55,524 nucleotides of DNA, from assembly GCA_021790735.1 (NCBI GenBank), contig JAJYGI010000126.1, positions 1 to 55,524 on the forward strand, given 5' to 3'. Positions within the stretch are counted from its first letter, which is position 1. Every line of letters starts with the position of its first letter. Below the pieces are notes generated by a model. That model had not been told where the DNA came from. It was given only the letters and a program-made list of their open reading frames with translations, and made no database searches. The translations under genes were made by a program, and so were the position numbers. Below, one piece after another: positions 52,940-55,524 of the stretch. This DNA is from Actinomycetes bacterium. Its GTDB lineage: Bacteria > Actinomycetota > Acidimicrobiia > Acidimicrobiales > Acidimicrobiaceae.

Positions 52940-54715
52940 GTGGCAATTCTTGTAGATGCCGATAGAGTTTCTGTATCGCGTTCCGACCGCGCCTTGTTTC
53001 GTGATCTCTCCATTACCGTTTCTGATCGAGATCGCCTGGGTGTAGTAGGAATAAATGGTACCGGGAAGTCCACACTTCTAAGGGTTCTAGCAAGCACGCA
53101 AAGGCCAGATTCCGGAGAAGTCCGCAACGGAACCGGCATTCGCATCGGTTTACTCGATCAAGACGCATCTTTGCCTGAAGGCATCATCAAAGATGTGATC
53201 GGTTCTGGATGGCAGAGTCAGGCTATTTTAGATCGACTCGGGATGACTCCACTACTAAATCACAAGGTATCGGAACTCTCTGGTGGACAAGTGAAAAGGG
53301 TCGCCCTTGCTAAAGTGCTCGTAGAGGAGGTAGACCTCTTAATACTTGATGAACCTACAAACCATCTCGACCTTGCAGCCATATCCTGGCTAGAGTCCTG
53401 GTTGTCTCGATTTCGAGGTGGAGTCATAGTCGTAAGTCATGATCGATACCTATTAGATCGCGTAACTACTAGGATGCTTGAACTTGACCGCGGTAAAGGC
53501 TACTTGCATGACGGAGGCTACGCTACCTACTTGGGAGCAGCAGCCGATAGAGAAGAAAGATCAGCTGAGTCTGAGGCGGTGAGGAAGAATCTGGCCAGGC
53601 GCGAACTCGCCTGGCTTCGCAGAGGAGCGAAGGCTAGAACGCGCAAGCCTCAAGCCCGAATAGATGCTGCAAAAAAACTTATAGATACAAGAGCAGAATC
53701 AGCTGCTAGATCATCGGCGTTAGATCTATCCTATGATACACCTCGATTGGGTTCCAAAGTCATAGACGCGGTAGAAGTCTCTTTCGCTTACGACGAAAGA
53801 GACTCTCAAACTTTACATACCTTCACCTTGCGATTAAGTCCTTCCGAAAGAATGGGGATCGTCGGAGCAAACGGATCCGGGAAAACGACCTTGCTCGAGC
53901 TTTTAGCCAGTCGGATAAAACCAACCTCTGGAGAGATTGAAACAGGGACAACCGTCAAGATTGGATACTACTCTCAACAAGGTCCAAATCTCGATGAAAA
54001 TGCACGCGTTATGAACGTCGTCGCAGGACCGCATCGAGTTCCCGGAAATCCGAGCGACAAACGCTTGATGGAACGCTTCTGGTTTACTGGAGAGCTTCCT
54101 TGGGCAACTGTAAAAACACTTTCGGGAGGTGAACGAAGGCGTCTTCAACTCCTTATCGTTCTAGCAAGCCAACCCAACGTTCTCCTGCTCGACGAACCCA
54201 CAAACGATCTTGATTTAGATACCTTAAGGGCACTGGAAGAGTATCTCGATGACTGGCCTGGTGCTCTTGTCACAGTCAGCCACGATCGTAGCTTTTTGGA
54301 GCGGGTCACAGATCGAGTAGTTTCATGTAGCCACGGCTATGTTTCAGAAGTTCCCGGAGGTTTACCCGCATGGATATCAGAGTCTCTTGGTTCCACACAG
54401 ACATCTGTCTCCCAAAAGTCACTTCAAGTGCCCAAAGACACATCCGTCTCCACTCCAAAGGCGAATTACGCCACCAAGAAGTCTCTGGGGTCTTTGCAGT
54501 TCCAGCTCATCAAACTCGACAGACGAATCTCTGACTTAACTGCGAAACGCGACGAAGTACTAGCACACTTCAGCAGGACGACAGACCACGTAGGTCTGAC
54601 AGAGCTAGGAATCAAGTTAGCTCAATTCCAGAGTGAACTAGACGATGCGGAAGAGAAGTGGTTAAACACGATGGATACAATAGAACAGTACAATTCTCAG
54701 GTCCATCGACAATAA
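52940..54715 (+). CDS. ABC-F family ATPase (Uup-like)
   Basis: Two NBDs (GINGTGKS…LSGGQ…DEPTNHLD; GANGSGKT…LSGGE…DEPTNDLD), an ELAWLRRGAKARTRK linker, a C-terminal coiled coil and no TM segments. Confidence 0.95.
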   Translation: MAILVDADRVSVSRSDRALFRDLSITVSDRDRLGVVGINGTGKSTLLRVLASTQRPDSGEVRNGTGIRIGLLDQDASLPEGIIKDVIGSGWQSQAILDRLGMTPLLNHKVSELSGGQVKRVALAKVLVEEVDLLILDEPTNHLDLAAISWLESWLSRFRGGVIVVSHDRYLLDRVTTRMLELDRGKGYLHDGGYATYLGAAADREERSAESEAVRKNLARRELAWLRRGAKARTRKPQARIDAAKKLIDTRAESAARSSALDLSYDTPRLGSKVIDAVEVSFAYDERDSQTLHTFTLRLSPSERMGIVGANGSGKTTLLELLASRIKPTSGEIETGTTVKIGYYSQQGPNLDENARVMNVVAGPHRVPGNPSDKRLMERFWFTGELPWATVKTLSGGERRRLQLLIVLASQPNVLLLDEPTNDLDLDTLRALEEYLDDWPGALVTVSHDRSFLERVTDRVVSCSHGYVSEVPGGLPAWISESLGSTQTSVSQKSLQVPKDTSVSTPKANYATKKSLGSLQFQLIKLDRRISDLTAKRDEVLAHFSRTTDHVGLTELGIKLAQFQSELDDAEEKWLNTMDTIEQYNSQVHRQ

Positions 54716-55116
54716 TCAATCAACTTCGTTCACTTCTTACTCTTGACATTGCACGGCAGAATGTAACGTGCTTTCGGATAGTTTTATCAATTCCCGCACT
54801 GTTAGCACTGAAAGATATGTCCGGTTCTGTCGCTCGTCAACATGGATCGTCGATCCATAGACGATAATCTATTGCTAGGTGGTCCAATCGCTCTTGCCGC
54901 CTTCATATAAGATCAGCATCTCGGCTCAAACCTTATCGTCAAACGTCCTAAAGCTATCAGGCAGGGCAATACTACGGCCAAAGAACTTTGACCCATCACC
55001 TCCACGAAAGCAAACGACCCCTTATTCTCGGTTTACCTGATATGGCCCGTTTGTTAGAGCACTTTAAGGGGAGCATGCTGGTATGGCGTGATCCACCTCA
55101 GATGATCCACCTCGAA

Positions 55117-55524
55117 TGTGAGAGGACCGACCATAATAGATACGGGAGGAAATCACATGAAGGGCAAGAAGAACACACCAGAACAAGTCATCACCAAACT
55201 CGCTGAGGGCGACAAGATGTTGAACGAGGGAAAAACCGTAGCAGAGGTTGCGCGAAGTTTTGGCATCACCGAGACCACCTGGTACCGATGGAAGAGTACC
55301 TACGGTTCAATGAAAGCTAACGATGCCAAACGTCTCAAAGAGCTCGAGGCAGAGAACCGAAAGCTCAAGATCATGGTGGCAGACTTGACACTCGACAAGG
55401 CCATGTTGAAGGAGTTGGCGATCGGAAACTTCTAACCCCAAGCCGTAGGCGTAAGCGGATGTCAAGGTGTTACGCAGTTGGTTCGGGGTCTTACGAAAGA
55501 CAAGCTTGTGCCATAACCGGTCAA
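55117..55524 (+). mobile_element. IS3-family insertion sequence, left part (truncated by the window end)
   Basis: Putative IRL TGTGAGAGGACC… at 55117; orfA; orfB begins in the -1 frame (KLLTPSRRR…ERQACAITGQ). Confidence 0.88.
55157..55435 (+). CDS. IS3-family transposase OrfA (HTH)
   Basis: TPEQVITKL…VAEVARSFGITETTWYRWK…KRLKELEAENRKLK…GNF*; GGAGG RBS. Confidence 0.93.
   Translation: MKGKKNTPEQVITKLAEGDKMLNEGKTVAEVARSFGITETTWYRWKSTYGSMKANDAKRLKELEAENRKLKIMVADLTLDKAMLKELAIGNF

Overview
A bacterial chromosomal window of moderate GC. The gene set points to Actinomycetota, most likely Acidimicrobiia (inference from HspR with HAIR operators, actinobacterial-type SerC, ACT-malic enzyme and lineage-typical hypotheticals). 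Positions ~2.1-45.7 kb are mostly core genome: purL-purF-purM-pyrE; dnaK-grpE-dnaJ-hspR-clpB running co-directionally into purA-purD-purB-purC-purS-purQ; gpmA; a stand-alone cytochrome b module; ndh; an attenuator-controlled leuB-ilvE-cimA operon; greA; leuCD; serC/aspC; a FadF-like Fe-S protein; dcd; and tRNAs Phe, Asp and Gly. Accessory DNA lies at the left edge (decayed secreted-protein genes, an orphan ORF), after tRNA-Gly (45.7-51.8 kb) and at the right edge (an IS3 element). The best candidate for an undescribed system is an intact four-gene cassette at 46960-51093, bracketed by IS3 debris. It encodes a Sec-secreted Trp/Cys-rich protein, a membrane-anchored protein with prenyltransferase/squalene-cyclase-like helical repeats, and a LolD/MacB-type ABC ATPase plus permease. 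Its putative promoter carries a G8 tract in the -35/-10 spacer, a possible phase-variation switch. Other notable items are an intact 2-oxoacid dehydrogenase E1 alpha-beta fusion that has lost its TPP motifs, an unannotated BCAA leader-peptide attenuator, and an SDR gene with no canonical start codon. All calls are by eye from the sequence and ORF track; no searches were run.
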